Shown: piece after piece, positions 24,201 to 38,300 of the stretch
How the letters are laid out: each line of letters opens with the position of its first letter
How positions within the stretch are numbered: the first letter of the stretch is position 1
Source: Auanema rhodensis
Taxonomy: Eukaryota; Animalia; Nematoda
Assembly: GCA_964057225.1 (NCBI GenBank)
Contig: OZ059897.1
Span: 18,724,001-18,788,000, forward strand
Direction of reading: 5' to 3'
DNA: 64,000 nt
Notes under the pieces: generated by a model
Seen by the model: only the letters and a program-made list of their open reading frames with translations
What the model was told of the DNA's origin: nothing
Database searches by the model: none
Position numbers and translations under genes: made by a program

Positions 24201-26325
24201 ATCGTTTGAAAAATGATGCATTAGTGTATGTTGAGTTTCCATGTACACTCAACATTGCTTCCAAAAACATTTTGACAAAAATTTTTTCGAAAAATTTCAA
24301 AATAATTTAGCGAAAAGTAGATGTTTTTAGATTCCATTTTTCAAGGCAAAGACGATGGACAATGTTATTCAACGAAAAAATTAATTCTTCAGGGTGAAAA
24401 TCGAGGATATAAGTGTGAACTTATATCAGTTGATATCTCGGTGCATTTTTAAGCTAGCGCAAATCTGATAACACAGATCGACGCAGCTTAAAAATCCGCA
24501 TCGAATGCACTATACTACATTGAGAAACGCTTGATACAAAAATTAGTTATGATCGTTTGAAAAATGATGCATTAGTGTATGTTGAGTTTCCATGTACACT
24601 CAACATTGCTTCCAAAAACATTTTGACAAAAATTTTTTCGAAAAATTTCAAAATAATTTAGCAAAAAGTAGATGTTTTTAGATTCCATTTTTCAAGGCAA
24701 AGACGATGGACAATGTTATTCAACGAAAAAATTAATTCTTCAGGGTGAAAATCGAGGATATAAGTGTGAACTTATATCAGTTGATATCTCGGTGCATTTT
24801 TAAGCTAGCGCAAATCTGATAACACAGATCGACGCAGCTTCAAACTCCGCATCGAATGCACTATACTACATTGAGAAACGCTTAATACAAAAATTAGTTA
24901 TGATCGTTTGAAAAATGATGCATTAGTGTATGTTGAGTTTCCATGTACACTCAACATTGCTTCCAAAAACATTTTGACAAAAATTTTTTCGAAAAATTTC
25001 AAAATAATTTAGCGAAAAGTAGATGTTTTTAGATTCCATTTTTCAAGGCAAAGACGATGGACAATGTTATTCAACGAAAAAATTAATTCTTCAGGGTGAA
25101 AATCGAGGATATAAGTGTGAACTTATATCAGTTGATATCTCGGTGCATTTTTAAGCTAGCGCAAATCTGATAACACAGATCGACGCAGCTTCAAACTCCG
25201 CATCGAATGCACTATACTACATTGAGAAACGCTTAATACAAAAATTAGTTATGATCGTTTGAAAAATGATGCATTAGTGTATGTTGAGTTTCCATGTACA
25301 CTCAACATTGCTTCCAAAAACATTTTGACAAAAATTTTTTCGAAAAATTTCAAAATAATTTAGCGAAAAGTAGATGTTTTTAGATTCCATTTTTCAAGGC
25401 AAAGACGATGGACAATGTTATTCAACGAAAAAATTAATTCTTCAGGGTGAAAATCGAGGATATAAGTGTGAACTTATATCAGTTGATATCTCGGTGCATT
25501 TTTAAGCTAGCGCAAATCTGATAACACAGATCGACGCAGCTTAAAAATCCGCATCGAATGCACTATACTACATTGAGAAACGCTTGATACAAAAATTAGT
25601 TATGATCGTTTGAAAAATGATGCATTAGTGTATGTTGAGTTTCCATGTACACTCAACATTGCTTCCAAAAACATTTTGACAAAAATTTTTTCGAAAAATT
25701 TCAAAATAATTTAGCGAAAAGTAGATGTTTTTAGATTCCATTTTTCAAGGCAAAGACGATGGACAATGTTATTCAACGAAAAAATTAATTCTTCAGGGTG
25801 AAAATCGAGGATATAAGTGTGAACTTATATCAGTTGATATCTCGGTGCATTTTTAAGCTAGCGCAAATCTGATAACACAGATCGACGCAGCTTAAAAATC
25901 CGCATCGAATGCACTATACTACATTGAGAAACGCTTGATACAAAAATTAGTTATGATCGTTTGAAAAATGATGCATTAGTGTATGTTGAGTTTCCATGTA
26001 CACTCAACATTGCTTCCAAAAACATTTTGACAAAAATTTTTTCGAAAAATTTCAAAATAATTTAGCAAAAAGTAGATGTTTTTAGATTCCATTTTTCAAG
26101 GCAAAGACGATGGACAATGTTATTCAACGAAAAAATTAATTCTTCAGGGTGAAAATCGAGGATATAAGTGTGAACTTATATCAGTTGATATCTCGGTGCA
26201 TTTTTAAGCTAGCGCAAATCTGATAACACAGATCGACGCAGCTTCAAACTCCGCATCGAATGCACTATACTACATTGAGAAACGCTTAATACAAAAATTA
26301 GTTATGATCGTTTGAAAAATGATGC
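18253..26325 (+). repeat. Tandem 11/12-mer duplication (M53-63 and M64-75)
   Basis: Same haplotype order in both copies (p231A/p270C/p309A type, p295C types, p271C/p275C types). They differ by one monomer. Confidence 0.75.
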
Positions 26326-29300
26326 ATTAGTGTATGTTGAGTTTCCATGTACACTCAACATTGCTTCCAAAAACATTTTGACAAAAATTTTTTCGAAAAA
26401 TTTCAAAATAATTTAGCGAAAAGTAGATGTTTTTAGATTCCATTTTTCAAGGCAAAGACGATGGACAATGTTATTCAACGAAAAAATTAATTCTTCAGGG
26501 TGAAAATCGAGGATATAAGTGTGAACTTATATCAGATGATATCTCGGTGCATTTTTAAGCTAGCGCAAATCTGATAACACAGATCGACGCAGCTTAAAAA
26601 TCCGCATCGAATGCACTATACTACATTGAGGAACGCTTAATACAAAAATTAGTTATAATCGTTTGAAAAATGATGCATTAGTGTATGTTGAGTTTCCATG
26701 TACACTCAACATTGCTTCCAAAAACATTTTGACAAAAACTTTTTCGAAAAATTTCAAAATAATTTAGCAAAAAGTAGATGTTTTTAGATTCCATTTTTCA
26801 AGGCAAAGACGATGGACAATGTTATTCAACGAAAAAATTAATTCTTCAGGGTGAAAATCGAGGATATAAGTGTGAACTTATATCAGTTGATATCTCGGTG
26901 CATTTTTAAGCTAGCGCAAATCTGATAACACAGATGGACGCAGCTTAAAAATCCGCATCGAATGCACTATACTACATTGAGAAACGCTTAATACAAAAAT
27001 TAGTTATGATCGTTTGAAAAATGATGCATTAGTGTATGTTGAGTTTCCATGTACACTCAACATTGCTTCCAAAAACATTTTGATAAAAACTTTTTCGAAA
27101 AATTTCAAAATAATTTAGCAGAAAGTAGATGTTTTTAGATTCCATTTTTCAAGGCAAAGACGATGGACAATGTTATTCAACGAAAAAATTAATTCTTCAG
27201 GGTGAAAATCGAGGATATAAGTGTGAACTTATATCAGTTGATATCTCGGTGCATTTTTAAGCTAGCGCAAATCTGATAACACAGATCGACGCAGCTTGAA
27301 AATCCGCATCGAATGCACTATACTACATTGAGAAACGCTTAATACAAAAATTAGTTATAATCGTTTGAAAAATGATGCATTAGTGTATGTTGAGTTTCCA
27401 TGTACACTCAACATTGCTTCCAAAAACATTTTGACAAAAATTTTTTCGAAAAATTTCAAAATAATTTAGCAAAAAGTAGATGTTTTTAGATTCCATTTTT
27501 CAAGGCAAAGACGGTGGACAATGTTATTCAACGAAAAAATTAATTCTTCAGGGTGAAAATCGAGGATATAAGTGTGAACTTATATCAGTTGATATCTCGG
27601 TGCATTTTTAAGCTAGCGCAAATCTGATAACACAGATCGACGCAGCTTAAAAATCCGCATCGAATGCACTATACTACATTAAGAGACGCTTGATACAAAA
27701 ATTAGTTATGATCGTTTGAAAAATGATGCATTAGTGTATGTTGAGTTTCCATGTACACTCAACATTGCTTCCAAAAACATTTTGACAAAAATTTTTTCGA
27801 AAAATTTCAAAATAATTTAGCAAAAAGTAGATGTTTTTAGATTCCATTTTTCAAGGCAAAGACGATGGACAATGTTATTCAACGAAAAAATTAATTCTTC
27901 AGGGTGAAAATCGAGGATATAAGTGTGAACTTATATCAGTTGATATTTCGGTGCTTTTTTAAGCTAGCGCAAATCTGATAACACAGATCGACGCAGCTTG
28001 AAAATCCGCATCGAATGCACTATACTACATTGAGAAACGCTTAATACAAAAATTAGTTATGATCGTTTGAAAAATGATGCATTAGTGTATGTTGAGTTTC
28101 CATGTACACTCAACATTGCTTCCAAAAACATTTTGACAAAAATTTTTTCGAAAAATTTCAAAATAATTTAGCAAAAAGTAGATGTTTTTAGATTCCTTTT
28201 TTCAAGGCAAAGACGATGGACAATGTTATTCAACGAAAAAATTATTTCTTCAGGGTGAAAATCGAGGATATAAGTGTGAACTTATATCAGTTGATATCTC
28301 GGTGCATTTTTAAGCTAGCGCAAATCTGATAACACAGATCGACGCAGCTTACAAATCCGCATCGAATGCACTATACTACATTGAGAAACGCTTGATACAA
28401 AAATTAGTTATGATCGTTTGAAAAATGATGCATTAGTGTATGTTGAGTTTCCATGTACACTCAACATTGCTTCCAAAAACATTTTGACAAAAATTTTTTC
28501 GAAAAATTTCAAAATAATTTAGCAAAAAGTAGATGTTTTTAGATTCCATTTTTCAAGGCAAAGACGATGGACAATGTTATTCAACGAAAAAATTAATTCT
28601 TCAGGGTGAAAATCGAGGATATAAGTGTGAACTTATATCAGTTGATATCTCGGTGCATTTTTAAGCTAGCGCAAATCTGATAACACAGATCGACGCAGCT
28701 TAAAAATCCGCATCGAATGCACTATACTACATTAAGAGACGCTTGATACAAAAATTAGTTATGATCGTTTGAAAAATGATGCATTAGTGTATGTTGAGTT
28801 TCCATGTACACTCAACATTGCTTCCAAAAACATTTTGACAAAAATTTTTTCGAAAAATTTCAAAATAATTTAGCAAAAAGTAGATGTTTTTAGATTCCAT
28901 TTTTCAAGGCAAAGACGATGGACAATGTTATTCAACGAAAAAATTAATTCTTCAGGGTGAAAATCGAGGATATAAGTGTGAACTTATATCAGTTGATATC
29001 TCGGTGCATTTTTAAGCTAGCGCAAATCTGATAACACAGATCGACGCAGCTTCAAACTCCGCATCGAATGCACTATACTACATTGAGAAACGCTTAATAC
29101 AAAAATTAGTTATGATCGTTTGAAAAATGATGCATTAGTGTATGTTGAGTTTCCATGTACACTCAACATTGCTTCCAAAAACATTTTGACAAAAATTTTT
29201 TCGAAAAATTTCAAAATAATTTAGCAAAAAGTAGATGTTTTTAGATTCCTTTTTTCAAGGCAAAGACGATGGACAATGTTATTCAACGAAAAAATTATTT

Positions 29301-32300
29301 CTTCAGGGTGAAAATCGAGGATATAAGTGTGAACTTATATCAGTTGATATCTCGGTGCATTTTTAAGCTAGCGCAAATCTGATAACACAGATCGACGCAG
29401 CTTAAAAATCCGCATCGAATGCACTATACTACATTGAGAAACGCTTGATACAAAAATTAGTTATGATCGTTTGAAAAATGATGCATTAGTGTATGTTGAG
29501 TTTCCATGTACACTCAACATTGCTTCCAAAAACATTTTGACAAAAATTTTTTCGAAAAATTTCAAAATAATTTAGCAAAAAGTAGATGTTTTTAGATTCC
29601 ATTTTTCAAGGCAAAGACGATGGACAATGTTATTCAACGAAAAAATTAATTCTTCAGGGTGAAAATCGAGGATATAAGTGTGAACTTATATCAGTTGATA
29701 TCTCGGTGCATTTTTAAGCTAGCGCAAATCTGATAACACAGATCGACGCAGCTTAAAAATCCGCATCGAATGCACTATACTACATTAAGAAACGCTTGAT
29801 ACAAAAATTAGTTATGATCGTTTGAAAAATGATGCATTAGTGTATGTTGAGTTTCCATGTACACTCAACATTGCTTCCAAAAACATTTTGACAAAAATTT
29901 TTTCGAAAAATTTCAAAATAATTTAGCAAAAAGTAGATGTTTTTAGATTCCATTTTTCAAGGCAAAGACGATGGACAATGTTATTCAACGAAGAAATTAA
30001 TTCTTCAGGGTGAAAATCGAGGATATAAGTGTGAACTTATATCAGTTGATATCTCGGTGCATTTTTAAGCTAGCGCAAATCTGATAACACAGATCGACGC
30101 AGCTTAAAAATCCGCATCGAATGCACTATACTACATTGAGAAACGCTTAATACAAAAATTAGTTATGATCCTTTGAAAAATGATGCATTAGTGTATGTTG
30201 AGTTTCCATGTACACTCAACATTGCTTCCAAAAACATTTTGACAAAAATTTTTTCGAAAAATTTCAAAATAATTTAGCAAAAAGTAGATGTTTTTAGATT
30301 CCATTTTTCAAGGCAAAGACGATGGACAATGTTATTCAACGAAAAAATTAATTCTTCAGGGTGAAAATCGAGGATATAAGTGTGAACTTATATCAGTTGA
30401 TATCTCGGTGCATTTTTAAGCTAGCGCAAATCTGATAACACAGATCGACGCAGCTTAAAAATCCGCATCGAATGCACTATACTACATTAAGAGACGCTTG
30501 ATACAAAAATTAGTTATGATCGTTTGAAAAATGATGCATTAGTGTATGTTGAGTTTCCATGTACACTCAACATTGCTTCCAAAAACATTTTGACAAAAAT
30601 TTTTTCGAAAAATTTCAAAATAATTTAGCAAAAAGTAGATGTTTTTAGATTCCATTTTTCAAGGCAAAGACGATGGACAATGTTATTCAACGAAAAAATT
30701 AATTCTTCAGGGTGAAAATCGAGGATATAAGTGTGAACTTATATCAGTTGATATCTCGGTGCATTTTTAAGCTAGCGCAAATCTGATAACACAGATCGAC
30801 GCAGCTTAAAAATCCGCATCGAATGCACTATACTACATTAAGAGACGCTTGATACAAAAATTAGTTATGATCGTTTGAAAAATGATGCATTAGTGTATGT
30901 TGAGTTTCCATGTACACTCAACATTGCTTCCAAAAACATTTTGACAAAAATTTTTTCGAAAAATTTCAAAATAATTTAGCAAAAAGTAGATGTTTTTAGA
31001 TTCCATTTTTCAAGGCAAAGACGATGGACAATGTTATTCAACGAAAAAATTAATTCTTCAGGGTGAAAATCGAGGATATAAGTGTGAACTTATATCAGTT
31101 GATATCTCGGTGCATTTTTAAGCTAGCGCAAATCTGATAACACAGATCGACGCAGCTTCAAACTCCGCATCGAATGCACTATACTACATTGAGAAACGCT
31201 TAATACAAAAATTAGTTATGATCGTTTGAAAAATGATGCATTAGTGTATGTTGAGTTTCCATGTACACTCAACATTGCTTCCAAAAACATTTTGACAAAA
31301 ATTTTTTCGAAAAATTTCAAAATAATTTAGCAAAAAGTAGATGTTTTTAGATTCCTTTTTTCAAGGCAAAGACGATGGACAATGTTATTCAACGAAAAAA
31401 TTATTTCTTCAGGGTGAAAATCGAGGATATAAGTGTGAACTTATATCAGTTGATATCTCGGTGCATTTTTAAGCTAGCGCAAATCTGATAACACAGATCG
31501 ACGCAGCTTAAAAATCCGCATCGAATGCACTATACTACATTGAGAAACGCTTGATACAAAAATTAGTTATGATCGTTTGAAAAATGATGCATTAGTGTAT
31601 GTTGAGTTTCCATGTACACTCAACATTGCTTCCAAAAACATTTTGACAAAAATTTTTTCGAAAAATTTCAAAATAATTTAGCAAAAAGTAGATGTTTTTA
31701 GATTCCATTTTTCAAGGCAAAGACGATGGACAATGTTATTCAACGAAAAAATTAATTCTTCAGGGTGAAAATCGAGGATATAAGTGTGAACTTATATCAG
31801 TTGATATCTCGGTGCATTTTTAAGCTAGCGCAAATCTGATAACACAGATCGACGCAGCTTAAAAATCCGCATCGAATGCACTATACTACATTAAGAAACG
31901 CTTGATACAAAAATTAGTTATGATCGTTTGAAAAATGATGCATTAGTGTATGTTGAGTTTCCATGTACACTCAACATTGCTTCCAAAAACATTTTGACAA
32001 AAATTTTTTCGAAAAATTTCAAAATAATTTAGCAAAAAGTAGATGTTTTTAGATTCCATTTTTCAAGGCAAAGACGATGGACAATGTTATTCAACGAAGA
32101 AATTAATTCTTCAGGGTGAAAATCGAGGATATAAGTGTGAACTTATATCAGTTGATATCTCGGTGCATTTTTAAGCTAGCGCAAATCTGATAACACAGAT
32201 CGACGCAGCTTAAAAATCCGCATCGAATGCACTATACTACATTGAGAAACGCTTAATACAAAAATTAGTTATGATCCTTTGAAAAATGATGCATTAGTGT

Positions 32301-35300
32301 ATGTTGAGTTTCCATGTACACTCAACATTGCTTCCAAAAACATTTTGACAAAAATTTTTTCGAAAAATTTCAAAATAATTTAGCAAAAAGTAGATGTTTT
32401 TAGATTCCATTTTTCAAGGCAAAGACGATGGACAATGTTATTCAACGAAAAAATTAATTCTTCAGGGTGAAAATCGAGGATATAAGTGTGAACTTATATC
32501 AGTTGATATCTCGGTGCATTTTTAAGCTAGCGCAAATCTGATAACACAGATCGACGCAGCTTAAAAATCCGCATCGAATGCACTATACTACATTAAGAGA
32601 CGCTTGATACAAAAATTAGTTATGATCGTTTGAAAAATGATGCATTAGTGTATGTTGAGTTTCCATGTACACTCAACATTGCTTCCAAAAACATTTTGAC
32701 AAAAATTTTTTCGAAAAATTTCAAAATAATTTAGCAAAAAGTAGATGTTTTTAGATTCCATTTTTCAAGGCAAAGACGATGGACAATGTTATTCAACGAA
32801 AAAATTAATTCTTCAGGGTGAAAATCGAGGATATAAGTGTGAACTTATATCAGTTGATATCTCGGTGCATTTTTAAGCTAGCGCAAATCTGATAACACAG
32901 ATCGACGCAGCTTAAAAATCCGCATCGAATGCACTATACTACATTAAGAGACGCTTGATACAAAAATTAGTTATGATCGTTTGAAAAATGATGCATTAGT
33001 GTATGTTGAGTTTCCATGTACACTCAACATTGCTTCCAAAAACATTTTGACAAAAATTTTTTCGAAAAATTTCAAAATAATTTAGCAAAAAGTAGATGTT
33101 TTTAGATTCCATTTTTCAAGGCAAAGACGATGGACAATGTTATTCAACGAAAAAATTAATTCTTCAGGGTGAAAATCGAGGATATAAGTGTGAACTTATA
33201 TCAGTTGATATTTCGGTGCTTTTTTAAGCTAGCGCAAATCTGATAACACAGATCGACGCAGCTTGAAAATCCGCATCGAATGCACTATACTACATTGAGA
33301 AACGCTTAATACAAAAATTAGTTATGATCGTTTGAAAAATGATGCATTAGTGTATGTTGAGTTTCCATGTACACTCAACATTGCTTCCAAAAACATTTTG
33401 ACAAAAATTTTTTCGAAAAATTTCAAAATAATTTAGCAAAAAGTAGATGTTTTTAGATTCCTTTTTTCAAGGCAAAGACGATGGACAATGTTATTCAACG
33501 AAAAAATTATTTCTTCAGGGTGAAAATCGAGGATATAAGTGTGAACTTATATCAGTTGATATCTCGGTGCATTTTTAAGCTAGCGCAAATCTGATAACAC
33601 AGATCGACGCAGCTTACAAATCCGCATCGAATGCACTATACTACATTGAGAAACGCTTGATACAAAAATTAGTTATGATCGTTTGAAAAATGATGCATTA
33701 GTGTATGTTGAGTTTCCATGTACACTCAACATTGCTTCCAAAAACATTTTGACAAAAATTTTTTCGAAAAATTTCAAAATAATTTAGCAAAAAGTAGATG
33801 TTTTTAGATTCCATTTTTCAAGGCAAAGACGATGGACAATGTTATTCAACGAAAAAATTAATTCTTCAGGGTGAAAATCGAGGATATAAGTGTGAACTTA
33901 TATCAGTTGATATCTCGGTGCATTTTTAAGCTAGCGCAAATCTGATAACACAGATCGACGCAGCTTAAAAATCCGCATCGAATGCACTATACTACATTAA
34001 GAGACGCTTGATACAAAAATTAGTTATGATCGTTTGAAAAATGATGCATTAGTGTATGTTGAGTTTCCATGTACACTCAACATTGCTTCCAAAAACATTT
34101 TGACAAAAATTTTTTCGAAAAATTTCAAAATAATTTAGCAAAAAGTAGATGTTTTTAGATTCCATTTTTCAAGGCAAAGACGATGGACAATGTTATTCAA
34201 CGAAAAAATTAATTCTTCAGGGTGAAAATCGAGGATATAAGTGTGAACTTATATCAGTTGATATTTCGGTGCTTTTTTAAGCTAGCGCAAATCTGATAAC
34301 ACAGATCGACGCAGCTTGAAAATCCGCATCGAATGCACTATACTACATTGAGAAACGCTTAATACAAAAATTAGTTATGATCGTTTGAAAAATGATGCAT
34401 TAGTGTATGTTGAGTTTCCATGTACACTCAACATTGCTTCCAAAAACATTTTGACAAAAATTTTTTCGAAAAATTTCAAAATAATTTAGCAAAAAGTAGA
34501 TGTTTTTAGATTCCTTTTTTCAAGGCAAAGACGATGGACAATGTTATTCAACGAAAAAATTATTTCTTCAGGGTGAAAATCGAGGATATAAGTGTGAACT
34601 TATATCAGTTGATATCTCGGTGCATTTTTAAGCTAGCGCAAATCTGATAACACAGATCGACGCAGCTTACAAATCCGCATCGAATGCACTATACTACATT
34701 GAGAAACGCTTGATACAAAAATTAGTTATGATCGTTTGAAAAATGATGCATTAGTGTATGTTGAGTTTCCATGTACACTCAACATTGCTTCCAAAAACAT
34801 TTTGACAAAAATTTTTTCGAAAAATTTCAAAATAATTTAGCAAAAAGTAGATGTTTTTAGATTCCATTTTTCAAGGCAAAGACGATGGACAATGTTATTC
34901 AACGAAAAAATTAATTCTTCAGGGTGAAAATCGAGGATATAAGTGTGAACTTATATCAGTTGATATCTCGGTGCATTTTTAAGCTAGCGCAAATCTGATA
35001 ACACAGATCGACGCAGCTTAAAAATCCGCATCGAATGCACTATACTACATTAAGAGACGCTTGATACAAAAATTAGTTATGATCGTTTGAAAAATGATGC
35101 ATTAGTGTATGTTGAGTTTCCATGTACACTCAACATTGCTTCCAAAAACATTTTGACAAAAATTTTTTCGAAAAATTTCAAAATAATTTAGCAAAAAGTA
35201 GATGTTTTTAGATTCCATTTTTCAAGGCAAAGACGATGGACAATGTTATTCAACGAAAAAATTAATTCTTCAGGGTGAAAATCGAGGATATAAGTGTGAA

Positions 35301-38300
35301 CTTATATCAGTTGATATCTCGGTGCATTTTTAAGCTAGCGCAAATCTGATAACACAGATCGACGCAGCTTAAAAATCCGCATCGAATGCACTATACTACA
35401 TTAAGAGACGCTTGATACAAAAATTAGTTATGATCGTTTGAAAAATGATGCATTAGTGTATGTTGAGTTTCCATGTACACTCAACATTGCTTCCAAAAAC
35501 ATTTTGACAAAAATTTTTTCGAAAAATTTCAAAATAATTTAGCAAAAAGTAGATGTTTTTAGATTCCATTTTTCAAGGCAAAGACGATGGACAATGTTAT
35601 TCAACGAAAAAATTAATTCTTCAGGGTGAAAATCGAGGATATAAGTGTGAACTTATATCAGTTGATATTTCGGTGCTTTTTTAAGCTAGCGCAAATCTGA
35701 TAACACAGATCGACGCAGCTTGAAAATCCGCATCGAATGCACTATACTACATTGAGAAACGCTTAATACAAAAATTAGTTATGATCGTTTGAAAAATGAT
35801 GCATTAGTGTATGTTGAGTTTCCATGTACACTCAACATTGCTTCCAAAAACATTTTGACAAAAATTTTTTCGAAAAATTTCAAAATAATTTAGCAAAAAG
35901 TAGATGTTTTTAGATTCCTTTTTTCAAGGCAAAGACGATGGACAATGTTATTCAACGAAAAAATTATTTCTTCAGGGTGAAAATCGAGGATATAAGTGTG
36001 AACTTATATCAGTTGATATCTCGGTGCATTTTTAAGCTAGCGCAAATCTGATAACACAGATCGACGCAGCTTACAAATCCGCATCGAATGCACTATACTA
36101 CATTGAGAAACGCTTGATACAAAAATTAGTTATGATCGTTTGAAAAATGATGCATTAGTGTATGTTGAGTTTCCATGTACACTCAACATTGCTTCCAAAA
36201 ACATTTTGACAAAAATTTTTTCGAAAAATTTCAAAATAATTTAGCAAAAAGTAGATGTTTTTAGATTCCATTTTTCAAGGCAAAGACGATGGACAATGTT
36301 ATTCAACGAAAAAATTAATTCTTCAGGGTGAAAATCGAGGATATAAGTGTGAACTTATATCAGTTGATATCTCGGTGCATTTTTAAGCTAGCGCAAATCT
36401 GATAACACAGATCGACGCAGCTTAAAAATCCGCATCGAATGCACTATACTACATTAAGAGACGCTTGATACAAAAATTAGTTATGATCGTTTGAAAAATG
36501 ATGCATTAGTGTATGTTGAGTTTCCATGTACACTCAACATTGCTTCCAAAAACATTTTGACAAAAATTTTTTCGAAAAATTTCAAAATAATTTAGCAAAA
36601 AGTAGATGTTTTTAGATTCCATTTTTCAAGGCAAAGACGATGGACAATGTTATTCAACGAAAAAATTAATTCTTCAGGGTGAAAATCGAGGATATAAGTG
36701 TGAACTTATATCAGTTGATATCTCGGTGCATTTTTAAGCTAGCGCAAATCTGATAACACAGATCGACGCAGCTTCAAACTCCGCATCGAATGCACTATAC
36801 TACATTGAGAAACGCTTAATACAAAAATTAGTTATGATCGTTTGAAAAATGATGCATTAGTGTATGTTGAGTTTCCATGTACACTCAACATTGCTTCCAA
36901 AAACATTTTGACAAAAATTTTTTCCAAAAATTTCAAAATAATTTAGCAAAAAGTAGATGTTTTTAGATTCCTTTTTTCAAGGCAAAGACGATGGACAATG
37001 TTATTCAACGAAAAAATTATTTCTTCAGGGTGAAAATCGAGGATATAAGTGTGAACTTATATCAGTTGATATCTCGGTGCATTTTTAAGCTAGCGCAAAT
37101 CTGATAACACAGATCGACGCAGCTTAAAAATCCGCATCGAATGCACTATACTACATTGAGAAACGCTTGATACAAAAATTAGTTATGATCGTTTGAAAAA
37201 TGATGCATTAGTGTATGTTGAGTTTCCATGTACACTCAACATTGCTTCCAAAAACATTTTGACAAAAATTTTTTCGAAAAATTTCAAAATAATTTAGCAA
37301 AAAGTAGATGTTTTTAGATTCCATTTTTCAAGGCAAAGACGATGGACAATGTTATTCAACGAAAAAATTAATTCTTCAGGGTGAAAATCGAGGATATAAG
37401 TGTGAACTTATATCAGTTGATATCTCGGTGCATTTTTAAGCTAGCGCAAATCTGATAACACAGATCGACGCAGCTTAAAAATCCGCATCGAATGCACTAT
37501 ACTACATTAAGAAACGCTTGATACAAAAATTAGTTATGATCGTTTGAAAAATGATGCATTAGTGTATGTTGAGTTTCCATGTACACTCAACATTGCTTCC
37601 AAAAACATTTTGACAAAAATTTTTTCGAAAAATTTCAAAATAATTTAGCAAAAAGTAGATGTTTTTAGATTCCATTTTTCAAGGCAAAGACGATGGACAA
37701 TGTTATTCAACGAAGAAATTAATTCTTCAGGGTGAAAATCGAGGATATAAGTGTGAACTTATATCAGTTGATATCTCGGTGCATTTTTAAGCTAGCGCAA
37801 ATCTGATAACACAGATCGACGCAGCTTAAAAATCCGCATCGAATGCACTATACTACATTGAGAAACGCTTAATACAAAAATTAGTTATGATCCTTTGAAA
37901 AATGATGCATTAGTGTATGTTGAGTTTCCATGTACACTCAACATTGCTTCCAAAAACATTTTGACAAAAATTTTTTCGAAAAATTTCAAAATAATTTAGC
38001 AAAAAGTAGATGTTTTTAGATTCCATTTTTCAAGGCAAAGACGATGGACAATGTTATTCAACGAAAAAATTAATTCTTCAGGGTGAAAATCGAGGATATA
38101 AGTGTGAACTTATATCAGTTGATATCTCGGTGCATTTTTAAGCTAGCGCAAATCTGATAACACAGATCGACGCAGCTTAAAAATCCGCATCGAATGCACT
38201 ATACTACATTAAGAGACGCTTGATACAAAAATTAGTTATGATCGTTTGAAAAATGATGCATTAGTGTATGTTGAGTTTCCATGTACACTCAACATTGCTT

